A DNA stretch of 64,000 nucleotides, from the NCBI GenBank assembly GCA_951406725.2, contig OX597826.1, positions 76,694,001 through 76,758,000 on the forward strand, given 5' to 3'. The notes below the pieces were generated by a model. It made no database searches. It saw nothing but the letters and a program-made list of their open reading frames with translations, and had not been told where the DNA came from. This DNA comes from Octopus vulgaris. Its lineage: Eukaryota. The first letter of the stretch is position 1; each line of letters opens with the position of its first letter. Shown here piece after piece: positions 43,049 to 56,046 of the stretch. A program made the position numbers and the translations under genes.

Positions 43049-43161
43049 ATACAGAAATGCATTCATATATATATATCGAAGCAATAATAAATCTCTGAGC
43101 GAGATGTAAACAGTAGCAGCACGACATTGTGAAGTATATTTACTACCTAAATGTGGCTGAC

Positions 43162-43532
43162 ATATATATATATATATAAACGGCAGTTTGTCTGTGCGTG
43201 CTTCTGTGTGTCTGTTTTCTCGTACCCTCACCCTGACCACGGCTTTCAACCGATTCTGATGAAACTTGACACACGCATAGCCCAATGTCATAATTCAAAA
43301 CTAACGCAGCGAAAATTTTGAAAAGTTCCCCCAGTTCTGAAAAAAATCGATAAATTCGACATGGGGTCGAGAATCAGAAACACAAACCACAGACTGTCTG
43401 GGGGACGCAACTCGACCTTTTTAACTAAAAAAAAAATTTACCATTTTTTTCCCATTTTTTGGCTATAACTCTCTAAAAATGCTTTATAGTTATTTCCCTT
43501 ACAAACCCGAGCAACGCCGGGCGATACTGCTA

Positions 43533-43533
<1 letters not shown>
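43162..43533 (+). mobile_element. Non-autonomous Helitron with a different 5' body and the same 3' end as the 28-29 kb copies
   Basis: Ends TTACAAACCCGAGCAACGCCGGGCGATACTGCTAG|T; 5' boundary blurred by (TA)n. Confidence 0.85.
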
Positions 43534-43581
<48 letters not shown>

Positions 43582-43762
43582 TTTACGTATGTATGTATGA
43601 TATTCTATTCTTTTCAGCCCGAAGCCTGGCCATACTGGGGTATATATACATATAAGTGCGTGTGCATGTATATATATATATATATATATGTACATACACA
43701 TACATACACAGATACACACACATATATTTAAATACATATATCTGTATGTATATATAAATACA

Positions 43763-43796
<34 letters not shown>

Positions 43797-43820
43797 CACA
43801 CACACACTATATATATATAA

Positions 43821-43950
43821 TTAATTTATCGATCCGAAAGTATGAAAGGCAAAGTCGACCTCAGCGGAATTTGAACTCAGGACGTAAAGACAGACTAAAT
43901 ACCGCTAAGCATTTCGTCTGGCGTACAAACGTTTCTTCCAGCTCACCGCC
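43821..43950 (-). mobile_element. SINE family B, 5' half
   Basis: ATGAAAGGCAAAGTCGACCTC...TTTGAACTCAG...CCAGCTCACCGCC. Confidence 0.85.
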
Positions 43951-43953
43951 TTT

Positions 43954-44004
<51 letters not shown>

Positions 44005-44040
44005 CATATATACATATACATATATATACATATATATAGT

Positions 44041-44075
<35 letters not shown>

Positions 44076-44531
44076 GTATATATTCATGTGTTTGTGTGTG
44101 TGTACATACGCAAGCATACATACACACATTCATACCTAACTACTCACATTATCCAGTACATCTCCCTAGACGTCTATATATCTATATTTTCGTGTTAAAA
44201 TAAGATAACTACTACGATATAGAAATTTTTCAACCCCGCTCCCCCTCTGTCAATCCTTATTCATAATAATGTTCTTCTGTTTCCATGGTTAACCATACAG
44301 AGTTGTGTTCACGCTTGGCTGCACCCTTGCGTGAGTTCCCATAGTTTCTCTTCATTGAAGGGGACAACTGATTATATTTATCAATTAGCTTGATTAGGTT
44401 GATTCAGCACCTGTCCAAAACAATATTGTGTGTGTGTGTGCGTGTATGTGTTTGTGCGTGTATGTGTGTGTGCGTGTATGTGTGTGCGTGCGTGTGTATA
44501 TCTGAGACTCTCTATATTCATATATGTGTGA

Positions 44532-44566
<35 letters not shown>

Positions 44567-44664
44567 GACACACACATTTATATATATATACATACATAAA
44601 TATTTATATATATTATATTATATTATATATATATATATACACACACATATGTATATACATGTAT

Positions 44665-44696
<32 letters not shown>

Positions 44697-44699
44697 GTA

Positions 44700-44745
<46 letters not shown>

Positions 44746-45597
44746 GATATGTATGTATGGCTGTATGTATCTATGTTTTTATATATGAATGTATGTATAT
44801 ATACACTCACATATTTACACTTATATACCTTTAAATTAATATGAGAATACACACACACACACACATATATATATATGAAAAAAATATATATGCACACATC
44901 TATACATATATACATATGTATGTGTACAATATATGCAAATCTGTGTATTTGTAATGATATATATTTGCGTATGTTCTTATCATAAGCATGCGTGTATGAA
45001 CGTATGTATATATGTAAATTTTTGTTGATCCAATACCTGGCGAACATGACGAATATACACCTTCTAGTATGTCTGTGGCTAAATACTTAATAAATCTGAA
45101 TAAAATTAAAGTATACAGTGATAATATGATAATATATAAGTGTAGTTAAGTGAATGTAACTGTTGAAGATGGTGACTAGTTGCATATTTTAAACTACTGC
45201 ATGTTTAATTAGTCAAATCGTTAACAGAGCGTAGACATGAATAACACAAACATATCTTAATAAATCATATACATGTGTGTACGTGTGTGTGTGTGTATAT
45301 GTATTTGGACATGTCTGTGTGCGTGTTTTATGAGAGAGGGATGTATGTTAATCGATATTTATATAAACGTAGACCTCTTAGTCGTGTATGCACAAGATGG
45401 CGCTCTTGAGTTTACAGACAAAACATTTATGTATCTTCATCGTGTAGAAATCTCGCGTGTCTTTAAAAAAGTTTGTATGGATGTGTATGTATATGAATTA
45501 AATGAATTTGTACAAAGCGAGATAAACATTTACTAATATATTCGTATGTATCTTTATATGGTGCTTGTTTGTCAATTTATATATATATATATATATG

Positions 45598-45695
<98 letters not shown>

Positions 45696-45854
45696 TTCCA
45701 AGAGAGTTAGAGGTTGTGAATCCAACCAACTAAGGGATAACATCTATACAATATACTGCTGGTAGAAAACCCAATTATTAATACACAAGTGTTTTTTCAT
45801 TGCATGGCAATTACATTAATGAGTGAGGGTAAAAAGTTTTTTATCCTTAATTTA

Positions 45855-46496
45855 TAGAGCAATTAGAAAATGGAGGGGATCAAGTGGTGGTATTCATCAA
45901 CTTTTAGACATTATATTATGTCTATTTATTTACTTTTTAAAAACCATTATAAAAATATACATACATGTATAACATATTATGCTTTACATATATAATATAT
46001 GAAAAATATACAAGTATCAGTAATTATTAAAGTATATAAGTAGATCAAATGAAGTAGAATAGTATCTTACATCTGTTTCAGACAAGAGGTCATAGTACCC
46101 CACTTTACTTCCATCCTTTCAGTGAAGTGAAGTATTTGGTAGATAAGATTAAGGTATTTGGGTGTGCCTCTGGGCTTCGTCAGAGGGTTTAAAAAGGTCA
46201 TAAAGTTAAGTTATAAATATAAATACATACACACATATACACTTTTACATATACATACATATACATAAATATACACGAATACATATCTATACATCTATAT
46301 GTAAATATATAGGCATACAAAGGAATCATTTATCATTATTATTAGGTGTATTATATTATTCTTATTAGATAAAGTATAAACAGAGGACAGAAAAAATTAT
46401 CAAACGAGAAATAATAATGGAATTTAAATGATCAATCTATCTTAAGACTGTTGTAGCTATCTAGGAATGAAAAGGTATATAAATGAGGAATACATA

Positions 46497-46531
<35 letters not shown>

Positions 46532-46725
46532 ATTGTTGGCGATTTTCTTTCTCCGTCTTCTCTTCCTTGGACCTTTCCTTTTTCTAGGCGATATGTTTTT
46601 TATTGACGGCCTGAGATAAAAGGTCCACAATAAGTGGGTAAGAGTTTATATAAACAGACATGATATAATGTCTGAAAGTTGATGAATACCACCTCTTGAT
46701 CCCGTCCATTATTTCCTTATTGCTA
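45855..46725. repeat. Inverted repeat arms ~45855-45930 and ~46648-46725 enclosing AT-rich repeat sequence and a partial H1 copy
   Basis: GGGATCAAGtGGTGGTATTCATCAACTTT / AAAGTTGATGAATACCACCtCTTGATCCC. Confidence 0.7.
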
Positions 46726-46742
46726 TGTATATATATATATAT

Positions 46743-47149
46743 ACTCTTTTACTCTTTTACTTGTTTCAGTCATTTGACTGCGGCCATGCTGGAGCAGCGC
46801 CTTTAATCGAGCAACTCGACCCCGGGACTTATTCTTTTGTAAGCCCAGTACTTATTCTATCGGTCTCTTTTGCCGAACCGCTAAGTAACGGGGACATAAA
46901 CACACCAGCATCGGTTGTCAAGCAATGCTAGGGGGACAAACACAGACATACAAACACACACACGTATATATATATATATATACATATATACGACGGGCTT
47001 TTTTCAGTTTCCGTCTAGCAAATCCACTCACAAGGCTTTGGTCGGCCCGAAGTTATAGTAGAAGACACTTGCCCAAAGTGCCACGCAGTGGGACTGAACC
47101 CGAAACCATGTGGTTGGTAAACAAGCTACTTACCACACAGCCACTCCTG
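46743..47149 (-). mobile_element. SINE family A, full length
   Basis: Reverse complement of family A head, core and tail. Confidence 0.94.
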
Positions 47150-47427
47150 TATATTTATACATATATATATATATATATATATATAGACATATGTACACAC
47201 ACACACACACACACACACACGTATAACCATATCTGTGTTAATATGATTTTGAGTGTGTATCTACTTCCGGTAGGATTTTTTGTGAAGAAGACAGACTGAG
47301 ACACGAACAGCCAATCATATAAAGATAGAAATGTAGCGAGTGGGGGGTGGAATTACGGCCATTAGAATACCTGTATGAATCACAATGACCACCACTGGGA
47401 CACTAATCAATAGAAAAGGAATCCTAG

Positions 47428-47591
47428 TCATCATCATCATCACATTCACCACCACATCATCATCATTATCATCGTCGTCGTTATTATTATTATTATTACT
47501 ACTATTATTATTATTATCATCATTATTATTATTATCATCATTATTATTATTATCATCATTATTATTTCTATTATTATTATTTTATCATTAT

Positions 47592-47622
<31 letters not shown>

Positions 47623-47683
47623 CATCATTATTATTATTATCATCATTATTATTATTATTATTATTATTTCTATTATTATTATT

Positions 47684-47723
<40 letters not shown>

Positions 47724-47784
47724 CATCATTATTATTATTATCATCATTATTATTATTATTATTATTATTTCTATTATTATTATT

Positions 47785-47863
<79 letters not shown>

Positions 47864-47877
47864 CATCATCATCATCA

Positions 47878-47920
<43 letters not shown>

Positions 47921-48004
47921 CATCATTATTATTATTATTATTACTATTACTATTATTATTATCATTATTATTATTACTATTATTATTATCATTATTATCA
48001 TTAC

Positions 48005-48058
<54 letters not shown>

Positions 48059-48076
48059 CATCATCATCATCATTAT
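47428..48076. repeat. Long (ATT/ATC)n microsatellite with ~102-bp higher-order units
   Basis: TTTCTATTATTATTATTTTATCATTAT interruption recurs at ~47565, 47667 and 47768. Confidence 0.95.
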
Positions 48077-48489
48077 TTCACCCGCCGCCGCGATCACCAC
48101 CGTTCTTACCCCTACCACTAACTTTCATAATTCGTCCCTGAATGCTGCAAAGAACCGCACTTGGCGGTCCGGGACCGCTTTGTTTTCTGAGTCAATTTAA
48201 TTGGAGACCATTGAGCTGGCGAGAATTAGACAAGCTGTAAACTCTGTATGAGTTAACTATAATGTTTGGAGGACAGCTGAGCGATCCATCAGATGATATA
48301 CTGCCATTCAACTGGCCTACCTATTAGTATTCCATTCTTAGCAATCTACACAGACAAACAGGAACGAAAACACACACATACACACGCGTAAACACATACA
48401 CACAGATACACTCGCGCACACTTGCACACACACTCACACACATATAAGCATAATGTTATTTCTTTGTTCGTATATGTTAATATGTGCAT

Positions 48490-48540
<51 letters not shown>

Positions 48541-48711
48541 TAAAAAAACAAAAAAAAATATATGGCACACTAAGCATAACAACAACATGAACTTCCAACC
48601 TGTTGCCTCTTGAGGTCTCTCGATGAGACTTGGAGCCAACTTGTACAAATATAAAGCAAAATTCAAACATAAATAATAATAATAATAATAAAAATAAAAA
48701 CAACAACAACA

Positions 48712-49205
48712 ATTAAGTATAGAGCAGGGGTAATCGCATGGGCAGTAGACGAACTAAACAGCTTAGACAGAATGACAAGGAAGTTGCTAACTAGATATGG
48801 GACACTCAACCCTAAAATGACACAGACAGACTGTACGTACCAAGAAAAAGAGGGGGAAGGGGATTTATTGGATGCGAACTCAGCATTAAAGCAGAAGACA
48901 ACATAGCATGGTATGTAAAAAATGCCACAGAACCGTTATTATTAGAAGAAGGTCAGGCTTGCGTTGGATGAAAGATTGCAAAGATAAAGCACTATACAAG
49001 AAATTGAAAACGAATTAAACTGAAAATAGGTGGGTAAAGAAAAGAATGCATAGTCAATTTCATAGGGAAGTTGAAGATAAGACAGACAGAGAAAAAAGAT
49101 GGCTGTAGATGACTAAAAGTGATTTAAAACCTGAAACATATGCTCTAATCTGTGCTGCCCAAGAGGAAGCACTAAGGACAAACTGCATAAAATACAGAAT
49201 AGACA
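48712..49205 (+). pseudogene. R4/Dong-clade non-LTR retrotransposon ORF fragment (RT thumb and downstream region)
   Basis: Frameshifted translation: YRAGVIAWAVDELNSLDRMTRKLLT..NPK/DTDRLYVPRKRGGRGFI..WVKKRMHSQF..DLKPETYALICAAQEEALRTN. Confidence 0.88.
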
Positions 49206-49246
49206 TACAATATATATATATAAAATATATATTTGGAAACTGAGCC

Positions 49247-49407
49247 ACAGACATGGCTGTGTGGTTAAGAAGTTTGCTTACAACTCCGTAATTTCGGGTT
49301 ACCTCCCACAGTGTGGATCACAGAGCAAGTGTCTTCTACCATAATCCCATGTACGAGAACGCCCTATGACTGAAATTTAGTTGAAGGGAAATGTATAGAA
49401 AACCGTT
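49247..49407 (+). mobile_element. Old SINE A-like 5' half
   Basis: TGGCTGTGTGGTTAAGAAGTTTGCTT...GCAAGTGTCTTCTAC. Confidence 0.65.
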
Positions 49408-50326
49408 GGAAAGACCCATTTTAGCATAGATGGTTGACATAATTCGTAGCCCTGTACAGCTCCAACCACCTATTTCTTGGGTGGGGGGTCTTCAGCAAGG
49501 TCTCTTCTGTTCCATGCATTCGGGCCACAAATCTGGTCTGTAGATATCTGGTCTGAAAAAGTGACATGTTCGCTGACCTCCGGCCAAGCCTGGGTAAAAT
49601 GAATAAATCAGACACTCTGAATAAGAGGGTTTTGTTCAAAAAGGGTTCCGAATCTAAGATTCTCTTTTTCTTTTCTCTTTCGCTTTAAAATTCAATTCTT
49701 TCTAAAATATAAGAATAAACGTTGCTTCAATAAATATGTAAATTAAATAACTTCTTGATAACAGGTCTGCTTCTGTTACTTTAACTCAGTCTTAGATTAA
49801 TAATAGAAAAAAAATCTTTAAAACATTATTAAATATTTATGCATTAGATATTAGATATCACCGCTGCGGTTATTTAACGCCAGCTTAACTTTGATCGAAC
49901 CGACCACATATGTTCAAATGAGTTCCAGATATAATCATTGGTTACGGCCCTTATTTTTCTCAGTTGTTAAATTTCAGATATCCTGGATCCAGGACCTAAT
50001 GATTTAATAGATCTTTCTCAATAAAAAACATTAAGATGCAATTTCAACTGGGTTTTTTTCTACTTTTCACAGCTCAATCGATTGCAGAGCAGTTCTCTTA
50101 TTACTCTAGTTATTGTTATTACTGTTTGTCATCATTAACTGGTCTAATAATACAGTTCTATATTTAAGAGGCGAGGAATTATGTACATTATTTACATTTG
50201 ACGGATATTTCTCCTAATTTTGTTTGTTGTTAACACAACGCTATATTTCCCGTGGGCATATGGCGTAGCGGTTAAGAGCGCGGGCTACTAACCCCAAGAT
50301 GCTGAGTTCGATTCCAGAGAGTTACT

Positions 50327-50363
<37 letters not shown>

Positions 50364-50364
50364 G

Positions 50365-50576
50365 GAAGTGCAAAAAATCGTGTTAACTGGAACGGCTCAT
50401 GTACTGAGAAGATCATTATCCCTGTGAAAACAACATCCATTCATGAATTTATTTATATTTTAAATATATATATTACCTGTGAATTTGCGTGTATAATCTG
50501 GGAATGCAGCTTCTCTGCCCTAGGTGTACGGAAAACTCTCGGCGAGAAACGGAAGAAAATTTGAAGAAAGAAGGAA
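50365..50576 (+). mobile_element. 5'-truncated R4/Dong-like LINE 3' end inserted in (AAT)n
   Basis: EVQKIVLTGTAHVLRRSLSL* (50365-50427) resembles the R4/Dong C-terminal QKxxLLGTAxILR motif; 3' UTR; AAT repeats on both sides. Confidence 0.82.
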
Positions 50577-50642
50577 ATAATAATAATAATAACATCGAAA
50601 AATACCTTAAGAATGAGGACTCAGTTTCGAAATTTCCCCCAA

Positions 50643-50688
50643 GACACCTGATGAAGGCTGGAGGGTATATCAGCCGAAACGTCGTGTT
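50643..50688 (+). ncRNA. Intact minimal type I hammerhead ribozyme motif
   Basis: GACAC-CTGATGA-a-GGCTG gagggtatat CAGCC-GAAA-CG-T-C-GTGTT: perfect core, 5-bp stems I and II, GUC triplet, loopless palindromic stem III (ACGT). Confidence 0.85.
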
Positions 50689-51107
50689 AACAACAAACAA
50701 GATGAGGGCAAATATCCATCAAATGTAAATAATGTAAATAATGTGGTCAAAAAATAGTCATCACCACGTCATTTGTATTTGATCAGGTTTAGTGTGCGTT
50801 GAGCTACATTATCCACTGCACCCTTCATTTCTTTAGAAATGATAGGTTGTAATTTGACGTAAATTTGGCTGCTATTTCTAGAAGATATTAAATTAGTGAG
50901 CAGGCAGAATCGTCAAAACGTTGGTAAAAATGATTTGCAGTATTTGTTCTTTCGATTTATATTTTCAATTCAGATCGTACCGGGGTCAACTTTGATTTTG
51001 GTCGTTTTAGGTTCGGTAAATAAAATACTTGTTGAGTACTGCAGTCAAAGTAATTGCCTAAGCGCTCACCTGGAAGTTACTTATTTCTAAATAAGAGAGG
51101 ATAATTA

Positions 51108-51510
51108 TGGTTTCAAATTTTGGCACGAGGCCAGCAATTTCGGGGTAGTGGGGTAAGTCGACTAAATAGACCTCAGCGTTTCACCGAGACTTCTTTTATT
51201 GATCTCGAAAGGATGAAACGGCGGAATTTTAAGGATGTAAAGTTAACCTTTTGAACTCAGAACGTAACGGCAGACAAAATACCTATTTCTTTGCTACCCA
51301 TAAGGGGCTAAACACAAAGGAAAAACAAGGACAGACAAACGGATTAAGTCGATTATATTGATCCCGGTGCGTAACTGGTACTTATTTAATCGACCCCGAA
51401 AGGATGAAAGGCAAAGTAGACCTCGGCGGAATTTGAACTCAGAACGTAGCGACAGACGAAATGCCGCTAAGCATTTCGCCCGACGTGCTAACGATTCTGC
51501 CAGCTCTCCG
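51108..51510 (-). mobile_element. SINE family B dimer, tail-to-tail with a degenerate plus-strand copy at ~50895-51100
   Basis: Two TTGAACTCAGAACGTA units with the ATACCTATTTCTTT...GGGGCTAAACAC linker. Confidence 0.88.
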
Positions 51511-52155
51511 TTTTATTAGAAACAATATTATTACACTTAATTATAAGACGATAATTATTGCTGATCCCAAGACGTGAATATGTTTGAATGGGTGTCCTTC
51601 TCTCATAGATGAACAGCCACAAACAACTAGGACAGTAATAAAATGTTCAACCAAGTCTTGAAAGTCTGCACAATTGGATTTCTATGTTGTTGCCATTTGT
51701 CAATAATAGTCAGTCGGGTTCAATTGTAGCCAATAGTACACCGTACTCTGGTTGACAATCGAAGCAAAAAATGATATTAATAAATCGATGAAAGTAGAAG
51801 CTTCCACATTAACAATGCATTGAATATTTAAGAACTGTTAGCAATAAACCATAGAATTCTGTATCTATGCGAAATCTATAGACAAAAAATAAAAATGAAA
51901 ATAAAAAACATGGGGAAATGGTGTAAAAAAACTCATGAATTCTTGAAAACTTTACAAAGAGCACACATGCGTGTGTCACAGTGTGTTATAGAATGCGTGT
52001 GAAGGTGTGTAATATACGTTTTAAATACATATATACATTTGTGCGTTTGTGCGCACGCGTCTGTTTCTGTCACAAAAAAAAAACAGTATATGTTGCCTTA
52101 TGTCACACACATGCAGAAAAAAAGGCAAATAAGCTGCGTGATATATGCAATAAAA

Positions 52156-52196
<41 letters not shown>

Positions 52197-52681
52197 GTGT
52201 GTGTTTGAATATAAATGTGTAAATATATAAACAATATATCGAACGGCGGAAGAAGGTTAAAAACGACTTAGTTTATTGTTTTTCATTCAGTTTTCTCTTT
52301 CCTACAGCATTTTTGTCACTTTTTCGTATTTATCAAAAGTATTTTTCTTCCTTTGTTTTTAATCGTAGTCCTCTCAGAAGATGACATTATTAGAAGAAAT
52401 GTGACAAACACTCTCAACTAAACAAGTTGGCGATTTACTTAAACGATATACTAAATGTAGTTTTTCTTTAAAAAAAAAAACGAAAGTGAAAAAGAAAAAA
52501 AAAACAAACATTTAGAAATGTTTTTTTTTTAATCCAACCATACGCGTTTCTGTATGAGGATATGAGTGTGTATACAAACACACATAGAGTTTGACACACA
52601 TATATATAAATACGTATGCAGAAAGCATATGCGTGTGTGCGTCTTTTGTTGTGTGAATATTTATGCCTGTTTGTATGTGTG

Positions 52682-52719
<38 letters not shown>

Positions 52720-52772
52720 ATACGTATACTTATATATATGTGATGCATATACTTATATATGGATATGTAATT

Positions 52773-52841
<69 letters not shown>

Positions 52842-53562
52842 CTTTAAAAACTTTAATTGCATATCCATGAGTTGTCAGCTGATCGAAATTTATTTTGATT
52901 TCAGTGTGGGGCGATGGGTGTAACTTACGATGCCAAGGGACCCGTTTTATTCTTATATAGTGTATTGTCTAAACTTTGACATCTATATTAGATGCATATA
53001 TGCTCGAAGCTTGCTAACTTTCTATATCTGTGTCCCTGGATCGTGCTAACTAAGTCTACCTCACACACACCAACACACACATATGTACAGAGTGTCTAGT
53101 AAATATATATGCCCCAACTTTTATAAAATATGTTGCTGTTATAAAAAAAAAACAGCAGTTACAGTGTTCCCTCATTATTGAGCGTGAGAAAATCGGAATG
53201 TAATATTTGTGTCACCGTTATCTTCTGAAAGTACTAGAACCGTGTCTAGATGTGTTCCTTGGAATAAACCCTTACAAGCTACCAATATGCCTTGTTGCAC
53301 TTAGTGAAACATGGAGGAAACATTCAATTGCAATAACATGAAATTTATTGGTGTAAATAGGTGCGTTATCCAAACTTGGCACCGCTTTCGCTTCATCAGC
53401 TGTAAATTCGAGAAACTCTTTCTAATATGTATGCATTGAAATAGCGAAATGCCAAAAAATCAGTCGGGTTGAGTTATCTTGCCACATCAAATGACTTCCA
53501 ACGTCGCATATCACAAGCGTTGCCGCAAAATCCGCCGAAAATCGTTCGTTAATTTACGACAT

Positions 53563-53743
53563 GGTGTACTGACAGTCAGTAAATATTTCGGTGTAGTGAC
53601 TATCAGCGAATATTTCGGTGTAGTGACTATCAGTGAATATTTCGGTGTAGTGACTGTCAGTGAATATTTCGCTGTAGTGACTGTCAGTGAATATTTCGGT
53701 GTAATGACTGACAGTGAATATTTCGGTGTAGTCACTGACAGTG
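53563..53743. repeat. 27-bp minisatellite, about 6.5 units
   Basis: Unit GTAGTGACTRTCAGTGAATATTTCGGT, head-to-tail with no spacers. Confidence 0.95.
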
Positions 53744-54347
53744 TCACACAGTTTCATCCACCCCACTTTAACTTACAGTTACATTAATCTCTCTACTCAT
53801 TTAAGTCATTCCACGTATTTCCGAATGGTCCGACCCCTTGGTTGTGTGTTCCCTGTTTCATAATAGAAAATTTTATAACCAATTCCGTTTTGAATTTTCT
53901 TCCAAAAATTATGCTTTCGGATTTTCATCAACACCATTGATCTACGATTTATAATGCAACACCAAAACCTGCCGATCAATACAAATTGCAGGGCAACACG
54001 AATTATGTTGCACTGCGTAAAAGAAAACAGACACAATTATCACAGTTCTTACTATGATGCGGTGATGGACTCACGGGACTGTCTTGAGTGTCAACAAATA
54101 ATTATACATACTTTAGGCTACTTCGACATCATTTGATTTCTGTGTCTCCGTGTGTAGTTTCAGACTTGAACGCAAATTATGATCTGTTTATAGAAAATAA
54201 ATCGGTTAAGTTATAATAAAATCGCAAGAAATTTATAGATACAACTTTACGAAAGCGCAGCTTTCACCAGTGGACCATTTGGAAGTGAATGAGTAATTAT
54301 TGTGCAAATTGATCATATATAACTAATGTACATAGATATGTATCTCG

Positions 54348-54438
<91 letters not shown>

Positions 54439-54542
54439 TATAAAATTTATATAAATAAAGAAAAGAAAAATCGTTATTTAAATACCGATCTTATCAGGTT
54501 GCCAGCATGAGAATAAAAACCTTCAAAGGTAATAATTATTAT

Positions 54543-54773
54543 TAAAATTATAATTTAGGGTATCTAAGAGATACCACCACGCTGGAAGTAGCAGCCAAAA
54601 CTTGACTCTAAAACCAAATTAAATGTTCATACAGCACCAGGAGAAAAAATAAACTAGCAAAAAAATTGTCTTCTCTCCTGGTGCCGTAAGAACATTTAAT
54701 GTGGTTTTAGAGTCAAGCTTTGGCTGGTATTTCCAGCGTAGAGGTATCTCTTAGATAGCCTAAATTATAATTT

Positions 54774-54775
<2 letters not shown>
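54543..54775. repeat. ~100-bp-arm hairpin (54543-54644 / 54674-54775) between (TA)n tracts
   Basis: TAATTTAGGgTATCTAAGAGATACC...CACCAGGAGA / TCTCCTGGTG...GGTATCTCTTAGATAgCCTAAATTA. Confidence 0.88.
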
Positions 54776-54827
<52 letters not shown>

Positions 54828-54837
54828 TATGTGTCTG

Positions 54838-54871
<34 letters not shown>

Positions 54872-55499
54872 TGTATGTATGTATGCATGTATGTATGTAT
54901 GTATGTATATATATACATACATATATATATATATATACACATATATATGCATGTGTGTGTGTGGATGTGTTTCGATTTGTATCTCTATCAATTATCTATG
55001 TATTCACCTGTGCGCACACATAGCAACTTCAATCTACGGGCATAAATTCGTATATCAAACAATGCATGCATGCACATACACTTACATACCTACGTGTCTA
55101 AACGCAGAAGCATTCTTTTCAGGTTTGCGTGTGTCTTATTTCCTTATCTTCTTCTGCATTCGAAAGGATTAATAGAGAGGAGTAAATGTCTATGATTAAA
55201 AACATCCAAATATCGGCTACTCGGTCATTGTATGTGCTTCATGTGCCAACTGTTATGGAAATATTTGCGCAAAAAAACAAAATTGCAGGTGAACCTGGGA
55301 TTACTTTTTATATATACGTATACAGGTGTGTGTGTGTGTGTGCTTGTGTGTGTGTGTGTGAAAAGGGAACATGTATATAAGGTGCGCAAAAAACCATATG
55401 TATGGTGCAAGGTTGTGTGTAGATATCTACTACGAAGCATTTTTTGTAAAAACTTGAAAAATCTTTAGAACATATTTCTTTTTCTCTTCCTTCTTCTTA

Positions 55500-55568
55500 C
55501 TATATATATACATACATATATATATATATATATAATGTTATGTATATATATATGGGTGTTTGTGTGCA

Positions 55569-55606
<38 letters not shown>

Positions 55607-55692
55607 TAAATATATACATTCATACATATATATTTATATTTGCATATATAATATAGTGTGCAAATGACTACATATATAAATACATACAATAT

Positions 55693-55728
<36 letters not shown>

Positions 55729-55899
55729 TGTATATATATATATACATATTTATATATACACATATATAAAAATGTATACATATATACATACATATGCATA
55801 TATACATATAAATATATATATATATATACATATATATATACATATGTATTCATATATACATACATATGCATATATACATATATATCTATATATATATAC

Positions 55900-55965
<66 letters not shown>

Positions 55966-55988
55966 GTATATATATATATATATATATA

Positions 55989-56045
<57 letters not shown>
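55500..56045. repeat. Compound (TA)n/(TACA)n low-complexity tract, one of many in the window
   Basis: Alternating purine-pyrimidine repeats; source of the YI/IY ORFs. Confidence 0.93.

Positions 56046-56046
<1 letters not shown>

Larger units (their letters stand above)
50254..50745 (+). mobile_element. Composite family H2 element: tRNA-like head, (AAT)n linker interrupted by a LINE 3' end, hammerhead-bearing tail; inverted partial tail upstream at ~50180-50240
   Basis: A box TGGCGTAGCGG 50261-50271, B box AGTTCGATTCC 50305-50315, hammerhead 50643-50688, tail homologous to 24163-24264. Confidence 0.72.

Noticed and set aside
50254-50325. Functional tRNA gene
   Set aside because: Acceptor and T stems do not pair properly, anticodon ACT is atypical, and there is no T-run terminator; treated as an element head
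53563-53743. CRISPR-like array
   Set aside because: Units are contiguous with no unique spacers, no cas genes, and the context is eukaryotic
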